Virus record (IMG/VR): IMGVR_UViG_3300020044_006136
Location: 1 to 37,867 of that record
DNA length: 37,867 nt
Direction: 5' to 3' (one strand)
Source of the DNA: a virus
Lineage: Duplodnaviria > Caudoviricetes
Below are positions 1 through 10,400 of the stretch, piece after piece. The number at the start of each line of letters is the position of its first letter. Position 1 is the stretch's first letter. Below the pieces are notes generated by a model that saw only the letters and a list, made by a program, of their open reading frames with translations, made no database searches and was not told the origin of the DNA. The translations under genes and the position numbers were made by a program.

Positions 1-121
1 CGGCATCAGCAGCGGCAACCTTACCGATTTCATCAATCAAATCAGACTTGCCGGAAGCCTTGGCGCTATCCACGAACTTCTTGATTACGCTAGGCTCAAC
101 TTCCTGCACAATGCGCTGCAC
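1..121. repeat. Terminal direct repeat (copy 1), probably circular assembly overlap
   Basis: 1-121 is identical to 37747-37867 and falls inside a continuous ORF. Confidence 0.95.
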
Positions 122-2560
122 GAGCTTTGAGTTATTAACGTAGTCATTCGCATCAATCTTGAAGTTGGTGTCAGAAAAGAAACGAGTAAGCGGGTCAGAA
201 GCTGCCGCATTGAACTCAGCCCGCAATACACTGGCATTCTTGTTGAGCAAATTAGCCTCGGATTCAGCCTTGCGAAGAGCGGCATTTTGCGCCTTCACAT
301 CAGTTTGCATCATAGCCTTCTGGACTGATTTGCGATAGACAAGACGCTGAGTGGCCAAATCTGCACCATTTTTCGGCAGCATAGAAAGCCAATCGGTCAG
401 ATCACCTTGATTGATGCGCCCATCCAGCTTCTTGTCGATAAAACGAGCAAGACGACGGAACTCCGTGGCATTAGCCCCAAAGACTTCCTTCACCGGGAAC
501 TCACCAAGCGTCTCAAGTTCAGCAATGTTTTTAACGAACTTCTGTGGATCAATAGCATCAACCCCTGCAATCTTAGATGCTTTCCTTGCACCATCAACAA
601 GGCTATCATCGAGCATACCCTTCATCATTGCAGCATAGATGTGTTGACGGAAATTATCCGCAACGGCCAAGTCTGCTGGATTAACGGCACCAGCGGCAAT
701 AGCCTTCTGGCTCACGCCACTAAGGAAATCGGCATATTGATTTAGCTGCCTCCAAGCTGGCGAGTTCTTGCCACCATCCTTAACTTGCTTGAAGAATCCT
801 TGAAAGTCTTGATTGGATAGAAGGCTTACAACGTCGCTATCCAAAGCGGCAACGCTTTGAGCATACGCACCATTTGCAGCCGCCCATTGTGCCTGAACGT
901 CAGCGCCATATTTCTTACCAACATAATCACTGGCTGCATCCTTCAAGACATTGTACTGCTCTGCGGCTTTCTTTTCGGCTGCATTGATCACTTTTGGATC
1001 ACTGGAGCCTCCAGCAAGCTTCTTGGCGTACATGGTCTTGAACTCAAGAAACTCCTCTCGCGTCAATTGACCCTTGTCGCCAAATGCCGAGGAGATTGCC
1101 TCCATGAACTCGGAGTTGGCATTCTTGCCCTGAAGCAAACCACCGCTCTGGGAAGCCTTAGACGCACGATTCAGCACCTCATCAAGACCGACAACAGCAT
1201 CGTTAATCTGGATGCCAGTGGCATCGTAAAGACCGCTACGGGCAAGCTTGATAGCTTTAGTTGCATCATCAGCAACACCCTTGATTTCCAGCGCAACAGT
1301 GGCAGGATCAATCTGAAATAGGCTTGGAAGCTTAGGGCCAAGAACCTTGCTCAATCCCTGATCAAACGCGGCCTTGGTCCGCATCTTCTCGCGCAATGCC
1401 GCCTCGGCTTCCGCTACGAGCTTTTGAGAGTCTGAGGAGTAGACGAGACGTGCGCGTCTAGCGGCTTCCTGAGCCTTGTCTGCAACTTCCTTGGCAGCGA
1501 TAGACTGTTCGCGCAGATTGTTAAGCCCCATGTGGCCCATCAACTCTTTGGCGATTGGCGTATTCTCGGGTGATGCCTCAACGAGAGACATGGCAACATT
1601 GGCCATGTTGTCGTCCGTTCTAATCATCCGGTCAATTGCACGGGCATTCCCGTTGGCAATATTACGAGCCTCCATACCGATAAACTCTGGATTTGCCTCA
1701 CTGAACAAGACGTTGGCAATCGTTCCGTCGGGATTGAACATTCCGCCGCCGCCACGCGCTCGGGAAAGTTGTTCAGCCCTACCAACAGTTTCATCCAGAC
1801 GTGAACCCATACGCGCAGAAACCCCGCTAATAAATGGAGTGGTGAATCGCATTACGGAATCAAATGTTCCGTCGCTTGGGCCAAACACTTTCCCGGTCTC
1901 AATTGCGCGACCAACTTCACCGCCAATTGCCGAGCTTGTAGCGGATGCGATAAAACTAGCTGCGCCGGGACTTATTTTAGTTACTGCTATATTAACCGGC
2001 TTAGATAGTTTAACAATAGGCGCACCACCATAAGCTGCGGCTGCCGCAACTTTACGAGGCTCCATTTCCTTTCTTTGCCCAGTTTCCTTCTCAACATATT
2101 GGGCCAAGGTTTCTGATGCAGCCGCAGTTAAAGCCATCGCTCCAGCAGGAACAAATCCAACGCCACCAGTGCCAACGCCAACAGCAATAGTGGGCGCTGT
2201 ACGGATGAAAGACGGGCTAGACAATGCGGCTCCAGCAGACTCAAGTATAAAAGACGGGTGAGGCAATGCGGCTACAGCAGACTCAAGCCCACGACCCAAA
2301 TAATCTGGGTTGCCACTTGCGAGCACTTCCATCACTCCGCGTGGAATCTGTTGTGCAGCCTGTCCAGCATACTGCATAAACCCCGGCTCGCCCTGTGGAG
2401 CCTCTTGTGCTACGGGTTGATCTACGGGTTGCTGGGCAGATTGCTCGTTTAAGTATTGAGCTTGCTCGGCAAACTTATTTGCAGCAAGATAGTCGCCACT
2501 CTTAACGGCTTCATTGTATTGCGCTTCAAGCTGGGCTTTTAATTCGGATGTGTTAGCCAT
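1..2560 (-). CDS. Large internal virion/ejection protein, 5' part (continues across the origin to 37238; about 1022 aa in total)
   Basis: ATG at 2560 (MANTSELKAQLEAQ...). The frame matches the 37238..37867 ORF through the 121-bp overlap, and the ORF track lists no stop-bounded ORF in this frame. Ala/Gln-rich, last gene of the virion module. Confidence 0.75.
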   Translation of the reverse strand, partial: MANTSELKAQLEAQYNEAVKSGDYLAANKFAEQAQYLNEQSAQQPVDQPVAQEAPQGEPGFMQYAGQAAQQIPRGVMEVLASGNPDYLGRGLESAVAALPHPSFILESAGAALSSPSFIRTAPTIAVGVGTGGVGFVPAGAMALTAAASETLAQYVEKETGQRKEMEPRKVAAAAAYGGAPIVKLSKPVNIAVTKISPGAASFIASATSSAIGGEVGRAIETGKVFGPSDGTFDSVMRFTTPFISGVSARMGSRLDETVGRAEQLSRARGGGGMFNPDGTIANVLFSEANPEFIGMEARNIANGNARAIDRMIRTDDNMANVAMSLVEASPENTPIAKELMGHMGLNNLREQSIAAKEVADKAQEAARRARLVYSSDSQKLVAEAEAALREKMRTKAAFDQGLSKVLGPKLPSLFQIDPATVALEIKGVADDATKAIKLARSGLYDATGIQINDAVVGLDEVLNRASKASQSGGLLQGKNANSEFMEAISSAFGDKGQLTREEFLEFKTMYAKKLAGGSSDPKVINAAEKKAAEQYNVLKDAASDYVGKKYGADVQAQWAAANGAYAQSVAALDSDVVSLLSNQDFQGFFKQVKDGGKNSPAWRQLNQYADFLSGVSQKAIAAGAVNPADLAVADNFRQHIYAAMMKGMLDDSLVDGARKASKIAGVDAIDPQKFVKNIAELETLGEFPVKEVFGANATEFRRLARFIDKKLDGRINQGDLTDWLSMLPKNGADLATQRLVYRKSVQKAMMQTDVKAQNAALRKAESEANLLNKNASVLRAEFNAAASDPLTRFFSDTNFKIDANDYVNNSKLVQRIVQEVEPSVIKKFVDSAKASGKSDLIDEIGKVAAADA

Positions 2561-3871
2561 TTACTTTGGGAAGGGCTTGAGCGTTACGGGAGGATTGGCC
2601 TGATACTGTTTAGGACCAGATGGTGCATCTAGCTCTTCCGATGCAGATAGGACGTTATAGTAAAGCTGTGTGGCTGCGTCTTCTTTGGATGCAGCCTTAA
2701 AAGCGTTAAGCTCTCTCTTAAACGCGGATTGCGACCTTGCGAGTTTTGACTCAACTCTCTTCCTAATGCCATTCAGCACTTCTAGGGTGGGAACTTTCTG
2801 GTCTCCCCTAGTAACTAGCTCAAGGAACCTAACATCATTATCGGACGCAGCACCGGGAAGCTGTTTTGCAATAGCAAGAGTAGCGGAAGCTAATGCAGAC
2901 CCAGCACGTTGATAGGCTTCACCCCTAGACTTGAATGTATCATTCCCGAAAAACTCAAGAGCCTTTGATCCAGCATATTTAAGCGAAGAACCGGTACCGG
3001 AGAATGCGTCATTCTTGTTAATTTCATCAACTGCCTCTCCGTAGCTAGAGATAACCTCGCGCAAAGACCTGATGTTGTTCTGCGTTGAGCGCAAATCTTC
3101 GTATATCTTACCGGCAGCGTTGGCTCCAACATTCACGGTGTTAGTCGCTCGTGATTGTTGCGCAACCTTCGCGTAAATTTCAGCTTGTTCTTGCGGCGTT
3201 GCTTTCCTGCCAAGTTTAGATTCTAATGCCGCTAGTTCTTGCTGTACGGCTTGCTCCTGAAAAGAAAAGTCCTGAACCTTAGGAACACCTCGCGCTTTAG
3301 CTTCAGCGCGAATGTTTTCAATGTCAGCCCGCTGCTTTTCTGCGCGCAGATAGCGTTCCTCACCAGACAACTTCTGTTCTGGCGTAAAGCGAGACATATA
3401 GGAATCGGACACGGGGGACGGAATGCTTCCGCCACCAGCACGCATCATTGAGGCATACTGAGCCGTAGCTTTCTCGTCTTGGGTCTTCTTGCCCAATTCA
3501 GCAAGGCTAATGATGTTGTTTAGAGCACTGCCAATGCCCTTAGCATTTGCTGCGCGTTCACGAAGAGAAAGGTTGGGATCGCTTACGCCAGCAATCATCT
3601 TTCCGAATTGAGTCTGAGCTTCTGGGCTTACGTCTTTAAGGAACGACTGAAGGGAATTTCCGAGGCGTTCCGCGCTCTTAACTTCAGCTTCAAGCTGTTT
3701 GTTCTCCTTCTGCTGTTGAACGATGCTTTCAAAGCCCTTCAACGCTCCGCCAACGGCAGACGTGATGCCCTGAGCCTGCATCTGAGCAGCCTGCCCAGAC
3801 GCTTGCAGAAACGGTGTGTAATCAACAGCCGATAGCTCAGGTCTAATTTGACTGCCAGTTGCAATAGCCAT
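2561..3871 (-). CDS. Putative internal virion/ejection protein
   Basis: 436 aa, Ala/Gln-rich and helical, in the podovirus ejectosome position. Confidence 0.6.
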   Translation of the reverse strand: MAIATGSQIRPELSAVDYTPFLQASGQAAQMQAQGITSAVGGALKGFESIVQQQKENKQLEAEVKSAERLGNSLQSFLKDVSPEAQTQFGKMIAGVSDPNLSLRERAANAKGIGSALNNIISLAELGKKTQDEKATAQYASMMRAGGGSIPSPVSDSYMSRFTPEQKLSGEERYLRAEKQRADIENIRAEAKARGVPKVQDFSFQEQAVQQELAALESKLGRKATPQEQAEIYAKVAQQSRATNTVNVGANAAGKIYEDLRSTQNNIRSLREVISSYGEAVDEINKNDAFSGTGSSLKYAGSKALEFFGNDTFKSRGEAYQRAGSALASATLAIAKQLPGAASDNDVRFLELVTRGDQKVPTLEVLNGIRKRVESKLARSQSAFKRELNAFKAASKEDAATQLYYNVLSASEELDAPSGPKQYQANPPVTLKPFPK

Positions 3872-3883
3872 GATATTTTTTAA

Positions 3884-4771
3884 TTAACCAAAAGGTTTAC
3901 CGAAGAACCCACCACCAGCAGCAGAACCAAGACCACCGAGCGCACCACCAATCATTGCCCCCTGAGCCTGAGCATTAGCCCCGGCAACCTGTGCCTGAGA
4001 ACCATAAATAGCCGTCTGATAGCTACCCAGATTCTTCTGGTTCTGCATGGCCAAGTTAAGCCCCGCGTTGTAGTCCACAGCACGCGGCCCAATAGCCTGA
4101 GAACCCAATTGCTGGGCCATACCCATCTGTTGCGCTCCATAGCCCATAGCACCAGATTGACGCCCCAGAATGGCTTGGAACGGGTCTGCGCTGATTGCCC
4201 GATTCATGCCCAAAGCAAGCTGACCAGCCTGAGCAGCCTCCGCACGACGCCGCGCAAGGATGTCTTCCCGGCCAAGAATCTCAGCAGCAATCGAAGACTG
4301 ATCGCCAACACGCCCACGGGCAAGACCAGCGGAACGCGCCTGTTGCTGCGCTAAACGCATCTGCTCGGGCGTAACCTGATTGGACGAGGCATAGGCTTGT
4401 TCAGCCGCCTGTTGGCTCAATTCAGCCATCCGCGCCGAATAGGGGTCAGCCGCACGGAGCGCAGACGTAGCACGCGACCCATACTTCTCCACGTCACCAA
4501 TGTCCGCTGCACGCTGGGCAGCAAGCGTCTCGCGCTCAAGCGCAGCAGCCTGACGGGTGGTAGCGTCCTGCATTCCAAGCAGGCCCGTCTGATAGGTTTG
4601 AAGGTCGGCCAAATTGAGCGCGGCATATTGGGGACGGAGTTGCTTTTCAACGTCCAGCATCTTCTGTTGCAGCACGGGATCAGCCATCATGTCTGCCGTC
4701 TTGCGATACTCGTCTGCCGCGCTAATAGCCGTAGGAGCAGGAGGGGGAGTGGGAGTTTTAACGGATGCCAT
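3884..4771 (-). CDS. Putative ejection/pilot protein
   Basis: 295 aa, Ala/Gln-rich with a Gly-rich C-terminus (GAMIGGALGGLGSAAGGG). Confidence 0.6.
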   Translation of the reverse strand: MASVKTPTPPPAPTAISAADEYRKTADMMADPVLQQKMLDVEKQLRPQYAALNLADLQTYQTGLLGMQDATTRQAAALERETLAAQRAADIGDVEKYGSRATSALRAADPYSARMAELSQQAAEQAYASSNQVTPEQMRLAQQQARSAGLARGRVGDQSSIAAEILGREDILARRRAEAAQAGQLALGMNRAISADPFQAILGRQSGAMGYGAQQMGMAQQLGSQAIGPRAVDYNAGLNLAMQNQKNLGSYQTAIYGSQAQVAGANAQAQGAMIGGALGGLGSAAGGGFFGKPFG

Positions 4772-5114
4772 AGTCTTTAACGCTTAGTTTAGCACAGAGG
4801 AGATTCGTGGGATAGGCTCTAAACCTATCATTGCAGCCCTTATTACGCATCCAACCCATGAATGGTAGGTAGTATGGCGCTTGGCCGGTAAACCAGCTTA
4901 AAGCGTCCTTTCCGGCTGCGTAATGCACATACCAACAGTCGGGTTGAGCCGGATGCCAGTCCGACTCCCCAACGTCCTTCCTCACCGGCTTTGCTAGAAG
5001 AAGCCTGTCGGGCGTGCTAAACACATACCCGTGGCATAAGTAGAACCCCAAATCCTGCTCAAAGCTCCATCCCTTGGATTTGTAGTAGTCCTTGGCTTCT
5101 TCGATTATGCTCAA
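4758..5114 (-). CDS. Small virion-assembly protein, possibly GNAT-like (T7 gp13 position)
   Basis: ORF between tail and ejection genes; likely TTG start overlapping the upstream TGA; CWYVHYAAG motif. Confidence 0.4.
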   Translation of the reverse strand: MSIIEEAKDYYKSKGWSFEQDLGFYLCHGYVFSTPDRLLLAKPVRKDVGESDWHPAQPDCWYVHYAAGKDALSWFTGQAPYYLPFMGWMRNKGCNDRFRAYPTNLLCAKLSVKDYGIR

Positions 5115-5617
5115 ACGGAAGTGAGCGTAACCTTCCACTGAGTTTCGTCAATCTTAACAAGAAGGTCTGGCGCACTCCAGCCAAAACTGATGGCGTTGGG
5201 AGATGCCGCCGCAGTAACCATAGGGACGGTTCGTCCGGTGGCAGTGCCGGGGGCAATAAGCTGTCCAGTTATGGTGCAATTATTTTGAAAGTCGCAACCG
5301 CCAACAACGGTGAGCGAGCCGTTGATTTCACCGTTACCCGAAGTGGTGATGCCGTTTGAGGTGTAGATGGTGCCGCCAGAGGTGATGGTGCCATTCACCG
5401 TAAGATTGTTGCCCGTAGTCCACGTTGGCGCACCCGTGCTCAATTTGCTGGGAGTGATGCCGCCGTTCTTTACGATGATTTGACCACCGCTGAGTTGGGT
5501 GGTCGTGTCATCAACGCAGCCAGAGGCGAGGGTGGCACTATCAACGAGGTTGTTGAGCTTAGTGGAAGTAACCGTATCGGTTCCGGTAAACGTATATCCC
5601 TTAGATAGAATTGGCAT
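5111..5617 (-). CDS. Short tail fibre/spike protein
   Basis: Thr/Gly-rich; N-terminus (KGYTF...KLNNLVD) resembles that of 5635..7611. Confidence 0.55.
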   Translation of the reverse strand: MPILSKGYTFTGTDTVTSTKLNNLVDSATLASGCVDDTTTQLSGGQIIVKNGGITPSKLSTGAPTWTTGNNLTVNGTITSGGTIYTSNGITTSGNGEINGSLTVVGGCDFQNNCTITGQLIAPGTATGRTVPMVTAAASPNAISFGWSAPDLLVKIDETQWKVTLTSV

Positions 5618-5634
5618 AAAATTGTTGGTTTAGG

Positions 5635-7611
5635 TTAAGATACAACAGCGAGTTTCCTTATGGCTCCAGTAGAGTCCCTGATTTCAACATATCCAGTAAT
5701 GGTTAAAGCAGTTGCTACGTGCGTTCCAAACATAATGTAAGCATTGGGGGCTACGTGAATATCTCGGTAGGCAATTCCTCCGGTCAACGCTTTAAGTTCA
5801 GCCCTACTATTGGTTGCGTCATATCTTAGTCCAACATATGTTTGGCCAGATGAAGCTCCATCAGCATCAAGAAATCCAACGCGAGTAGCGCCAGCCCCAG
5901 TGCTATAAATCGAATTAGACGCAGAAATTATCCCAACTGCCGTGTTTACATTCAAAGGGCCGGTTGAGCCAACGGCAAGGTTGCTATCTACCCAAAGATT
6001 TCCCGCGTCCTTTGTATACACCAATCCAGAGCTAAGGTTTCTGGCGACATTAACCAGACCATAAGTGTCAATAGTCATGCGCTCAACGCCGACTTTGCCA
6101 CTAACATCTGTGCTTAGATTAGTGTGCATCCTAATTTCAGATGCTGTTCCGGTTCCGGCTTGAAGTAGCAAATAACCACCCAAACCAGTGCCACCAAAGT
6201 TGTTTCCAACTAAGTCAATTTGCGCCCCATAATTTGCACCGTTGTCCGATGCTCCAGTGATGGTCAGAACCTGATTGTCTCCCGACTTCCTAATGCCAAT
6301 CGTGGAGTTAATCACCAAGGCATCTGTAAATACGGCACTAGTAATAGTTGGCGTGTTAATGCCTGATCCGATGATGGTGCCATTGCGAACGGTGACAGTG
6401 TTGAACTCCGCATCTCCGGTGCCGCGAATACGCCATCCAGATGATCCTGCCGTGAATCCAGAGGACTGAATCGTGCCAGAACCGGGAGTTAACCCATCTG
6501 AAATTGTCAGAGCTTGGCTGGTAATCGTTCCGGCGGTAATCTTTTCAGCAGCAACCTGCTGAATCAAAGCATTCTTGATATAGGTGGTTCCACCAACCAC
6601 TTGAAATGGAGCAATCTGACCAACGCCCGTCGAGTCAATGACTGCAAACTTATCCGCCTGAATTACAAACTCAGTTCCTTTTGTGACATACGCGACAGAG
6701 GCATTATATACTTCAGAGCCAGAACCTGATGGAAGCATATAGGTAAACGTAGTCGTATTTGATACCGTAATCAGATAGCTTCCGTTTGGATTTGTAGTTG
6801 CATAGCCAAGTGACGTAATGCTGATCAGGTCAGTAGAGGAATAGCCGTGCGCCGTCGATGTAACAATTGTTACCACATTTGTCGAGCGGGTTGCAGAACT
6901 TACCAGCTTTCCGGCATCTGCATTTGTCGCTCTGAATCCCATGATGCGCTGACTTGGGCCTGCACCCGTAGGCGTAACCATCAGCACATATTCATCCGCA
7001 ATGCTATCTACCCGCTTGTCGGGATATGGCACCCACGAAGACGTATCGTAGCGATAGAGGATGTTGTTGTCTGACGTGTTAATCCAAATGTCGCCATCAT
7101 TTGGTGCCGAAGGCGCAGTGCTAGACCTAGTGATCTTCTTGCCCAAATTATCCGTAATTGTGTTAGTTACCGGCCACGTTGCAACGGTAGCTGCCAGTGG
7201 ACCTACAATGCTTGAGAAGCGGCCATTCCTAGCCTCAACCTTAATCCAATAGTAACGCACTGAACCAGCTACAAGGTTGTTTCGGAAGAACGTCCGCTGC
7301 TCCTGTCCGACGTAGAACGACGGAGAAGACGGAAGTGAGCTTGTGGTGTTTTCGTAAATCCAAGTCTTTAGCGGCTGAGTATTTTGCGTCCAAGCCCAAC
7401 TCAGAATTACGGACTCCACGCCAGACGTATAGCTTAGGCTAGAGGGATCGTTAGGCGTAATGCCATCATCCGGCGCATAGCCATCAGAATTAAGGGCACC
7501 ATCCCAAACCGAATCATCAATGAGCTTGTTTAGGCGAATAGCCGTAGCCTTGCGACTAGCCCAGTCCTCATTCTTGTCCGTAAACGTGTAGCCTCGTTTG
7601 ATGATGCCCAT
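5635..7611 (-). CDS. Tail fibre/host-specificity protein with FN3-like and TipJ-like (DUF1983-like) segments
   Basis: YYWIKVEARNGRFS (FN3-like); FVIQADKFAV...PFQVVGGTTYIKNALIQ resembles the lambda gpJ C-terminal region. Confidence 0.6.
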   Translation of the reverse strand: MGIIKRGYTFTDKNEDWASRKATAIRLNKLIDDSVWDGALNSDGYAPDDGITPNDPSSLSYTSGVESVILSWAWTQNTQPLKTWIYENTTSSLPSSPSFYVGQEQRTFFRNNLVAGSVRYYWIKVEARNGRFSSIVGPLAATVATWPVTNTITDNLGKKITRSSTAPSAPNDGDIWINTSDNNILYRYDTSSWVPYPDKRVDSIADEYVLMVTPTGAGPSQRIMGFRATNADAGKLVSSATRSTNVVTIVTSTAHGYSSTDLISITSLGYATTNPNGSYLITVSNTTTFTYMLPSGSGSEVYNASVAYVTKGTEFVIQADKFAVIDSTGVGQIAPFQVVGGTTYIKNALIQQVAAEKITAGTITSQALTISDGLTPGSGTIQSSGFTAGSSGWRIRGTGDAEFNTVTVRNGTIIGSGINTPTITSAVFTDALVINSTIGIRKSGDNQVLTITGASDNGANYGAQIDLVGNNFGGTGLGGYLLLQAGTGTASEIRMHTNLSTDVSGKVGVERMTIDTYGLVNVARNLSSGLVYTKDAGNLWVDSNLAVGSTGPLNVNTAVGIISASNSIYSTGAGATRVGFLDADGASSGQTYVGLRYDATNSRAELKALTGGIAYRDIHVAPNAYIMFGTHVATALTITGYVEIRDSTGAIRKLAVVS

Positions 7612-7612
7612 G

Positions 7613-9592
7613 TTATTCAGCAGATGAGGTTGAGCCGTTCTGAACTGCGCCAGTGATTTTCACTGCCCTAATCTTGGGGCGTCCCTGCGTTGGTGCAACT
7701 GTAAACTGAGCACCATAGCCACGTTTGTTGCCAATACGGGCACGAATAGAGGCATCTTCAGCAGATGGGACAAACTTACCGAAAGCAGTTAGAACACTAC
7801 CCAGTGCTACGCTAGAATCGGGATTCTCAACCTCTACGGAAATATTAGCGTCAGATTGGAAGTTTGCTGCACTCTCAATGTGTAGCTCATACGAGTTGAA
7901 CCGCTTCCTATCCATCGTGGAATAGGTGTATTGCCGAGTGGTAAGAATGGAGTCAATGTTCAGTTGAGTGACAGTTCCGCCAGAAGACAACGAAAGGCAC
8001 ACATTATCAAAGTAGTCGTTTGCATTAACACCAGTCTCATCAATGACGTGAATGCCGCCCTCTTTGCTGACAGTGTGCAGGCGATTAACCGTTCCAGCAC
8101 CAGAGCGAACGAAACCAATGATATTCCACTGATTGCTGTTAATCACATCAAGCGACTCCCAGCCGTTGTTCAGCAGATTGAACACAATGACAGCATTGTT
8201 CACCGTAGACGCATCGAGAGGAACGGCGAGATAGTAGCGATTGTCGTGATAGACCCCAATGGAGTTGGCCGCATAGTTCTTGTTGATGCGGTCCATGATC
8301 GGGTTGATTGGCTCCGACATCGGCACAGATGCGCCGCGCAGATTGTATCTGTCCTCAAAGTTTACGCTATAAACGCCATTATCCGAGAGGAACAAGATTT
8401 GATTGCCGATCTGGACAATGGACTTACGGGCAACTGCACCAACTTCCCGCGTAACTTCTTGCACGCTGGAATTGTCCAAGTCTGCGCCAACGCCACGAAT
8501 CAAGTGAATGGAATTACGGGCAAAAACAACCAGCGCATCTTCTGCAAATGGCTGCAAGCCAACAATGAAATCGGAAGACCCAGAGGCAATCTTGAACTGG
8601 TTTTGAATCTGGTCGTAAGTGTTCTGGTCGAGGATGTCGGACGCAATTAGCTCATCACTGACATTGCGGGACGTAATCGTTGGCGTGCCAGACGTTCCAG
8701 CCATCGAGTAGTTGAACGGCATCCAAAGCCTACGCTGGTGATAGGTGGCCCAAGGCGGGGCTGGCATATGCGTGAATCCAAGCCCGATAGACTGACGCTT
8801 GCCCACGGTGATTCTTGCACCCGTAATGTCAGTTGCGTCTGCCTTGAAAGAGAAGCTGACGCCAGACGTTTTGGCATACACCCTATACTCAGTGAGCGGA
8901 TTGAGGTCGGTGTTTCCGGCATCACTAACCATTACCAAGTCGCCAACGAGAATTGCGTGTCCAGCTTCCGTCACCGTGACAACGCCATTAGAGATGGCTG
9001 TGTTGCCAGCCGTGTCGTAAACGAGTGGCTGCGTGTAGGCACCATTGCTCACCAAGGAAAACGCGGGGCTTCCCGTAAGACCACTGCCGTCCCACTGGAA
9101 AGCCACCTTGCCATCACGAAACACAAATAGGTAGTTAAACGCCTGAATGACATCACAAGTCGCGTCAACCGTCTGACCAGCCGGATAGGTGATAGTGTAA
9201 GAAACGCTCGTATTGCTAGTCTTTACAAGAACAGCCCGAGTGGCCGTTACCAGCACAATGTATTCAGTGTTGGCCGTTGACTGATCCGAGTAGAGACAAG
9301 TGCCGTAGATTGCGACCACAGCAGCATCGTTCAACGTAAGCGGAAGGACGGGCGGGGATGCGTCGTTTAGAACTAATGCCCCAGCCCCATTGGCGATGGC
9401 CGCAAACACGTTGCGATAGCCTTTACGGGTCTGCCACGAACCATCTACGTCCATGCGCCCATTCTGGCTTACGGCAACTTCCCCCGGCTTCAGTTGATCA
9501 GGACGAAGACGTTGATTGAGCACAGCAAAAGCTGTGTCTCCGTCATCAATTAGCTGGCTATCAAGCCGACCGAATGAGGCATACCTTGGCAT
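7613..9592 (-). CDS. Tail nozzle/stabilisation protein (P22 gp10 / T7 gp12-like)
   Basis: 659 aa beta-rich; GAVARKSIVQIGNQILFLSDNGVY motif; position in module. Confidence 0.65.
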   Translation of the reverse strand: MPRYASFGRLDSQLIDDGDTAFAVLNQRLRPDQLKPGEVAVSQNGRMDVDGSWQTRKGYRNVFAAIANGAGALVLNDASPPVLPLTLNDAAVVAIYGTCLYSDQSTANTEYIVLVTATRAVLVKTSNTSVSYTITYPAGQTVDATCDVIQAFNYLFVFRDGKVAFQWDGSGLTGSPAFSLVSNGAYTQPLVYDTAGNTAISNGVVTVTEAGHAILVGDLVMVSDAGNTDLNPLTEYRVYAKTSGVSFSFKADATDITGARITVGKRQSIGLGFTHMPAPPWATYHQRRLWMPFNYSMAGTSGTPTITSRNVSDELIASDILDQNTYDQIQNQFKIASGSSDFIVGLQPFAEDALVVFARNSIHLIRGVGADLDNSSVQEVTREVGAVARKSIVQIGNQILFLSDNGVYSVNFEDRYNLRGASVPMSEPINPIMDRINKNYAANSIGVYHDNRYYLAVPLDASTVNNAVIVFNLLNNGWESLDVINSNQWNIIGFVRSGAGTVNRLHTVSKEGGIHVIDETGVNANDYFDNVCLSLSSGGTVTQLNIDSILTTRQYTYSTMDRKRFNSYELHIESAANFQSDANISVEVENPDSSVALGSVLTAFGKFVPSAEDASIRARIGNKRGYGAQFTVAPTQGRPKIRAVKITGAVQNGSTSSAE

Positions 9593-9609
9593 ACGCCCAT
9601 TCTACACTA

Positions 9610-9753
9610 TCAGCGAACGGCTTTGCGTGCGTAATGAACCCCTTTAATCGTGCCCTTGTTCTCGGCTGCGTAAAATACTTGCTTGCCCTTTTTAGGGCCA
9701 TACTGAGCCTTCATGGCGGCAAAGACCGCTTTGCCCTTTTTAGTAAGGGGCAT
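9610..9753 (-). CDS. Small basic phage protein (47 aa, MPLTKKGKAVFAAMKAQYG...)
   Basis: Read manually; TAATG-coupled to the upstream ORF. Confidence 0.65.
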   Translation of the reverse strand: MPLTKKGKAVFAAMKAQYGPKKGKQVFYAAENKGTIKGVHYARKAVR

Positions 9754-9893
9754 TACTTGCAGGATTTACGGCTGCAACAGCCATTCATCTTGGCACCCTT
9801 GCCGTATTCCATCTCGCGCTCACGCTTGCCTTCGCCGCGCTCGTGCTTGATCATTTGCTTCTTGGACTTATACTTCTCGCTGGGTTTGCTCAT
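9753..9893 (-). CDS. Small basic phage protein (46 aa, MSKPSEKYKSKKQMIKHE...)
   Basis: Read manually; fills the gap and is translationally coupled. Confidence 0.6.
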   Translation of the reverse strand: MSKPSEKYKSKKQMIKHERGEGKREREMEYGKGAKMNGCCSRKSCK

Positions 9894-9902
9894 AGGACAA
9901 TT

Positions 9903-10400
9903 TTAGCACCCCCATGCGCGCCTACTCGGTGGGGACAATAAATACTCTGCCGCTGCCTTAAGTCTGTCTGAATTATCACCAAGAAGCCCGATGCCGCGAT
10001 TGCAGTGAGAGCATAGCAATCCCCTGACCTCACCAGTAACATGATCGTGGTCTATGCAAAATCTTCCGCTTCTCTTTGTTTTCGCCTGTTTATCGCCACA
10101 AATTGCACATCCGCCCCCTTGCACCTCAAGCATTTGATCGTATTTCTCAAGTGTAAGGCCATAACTCTTAAGAATCCCTATTGAACGTGTTTCCGGAGAA
10201 TACCTATCTCGTTGTTTTTTGAGACCAACACGACTCATGTAGTCTATTTGATAGCCCCTGCGCTTAAGTTGATAGCAAGCCTTGCATGACGCGCTGTGTC
10301 TGCCGCCTCGTTTTTTATTCCAATAATATTCTTCTTTTGGCAACGTGCGTTTGCAATCAACGCAATCATAGTTAATAATCTCTAAATCAGCTATTTGCAT
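9903..10400 (-). CDS. Endonuclease VII-family (His-Me finger) putative homing endonuclease
   Basis: CAICG...IDHDHVTGEVRGLLCSHCNRGIG motif, N-terminal CxxC pairs, AT-rich insertion. Confidence 0.85.
   Translation of the reverse strand: MQIADLEIINYDCVDCKRTLPKEEYYWNKKRGGRHSASCKACYQLKRRGYQIDYMSRVGLKKQRDRYSPETRSIGILKSYGLTLEKYDQMLEVQGGGCAICGDKQAKTKRSGRFCIDHDHVTGEVRGLLCSHCNRGIGLLGDNSDRLKAAAEYLLSPPSRRAWGC

Noticed and set aside
1-121. 121-bp end repeat as a biological terminal repeat
   Set aside because: It lies mid-gene and its length resembles an assembler k-mer; more likely a circularisation overlap.
2222-2287. 24-nt near-duplicate (LESAxAAL twice)
   Set aside because: Simple in-frame intragenic duplication.
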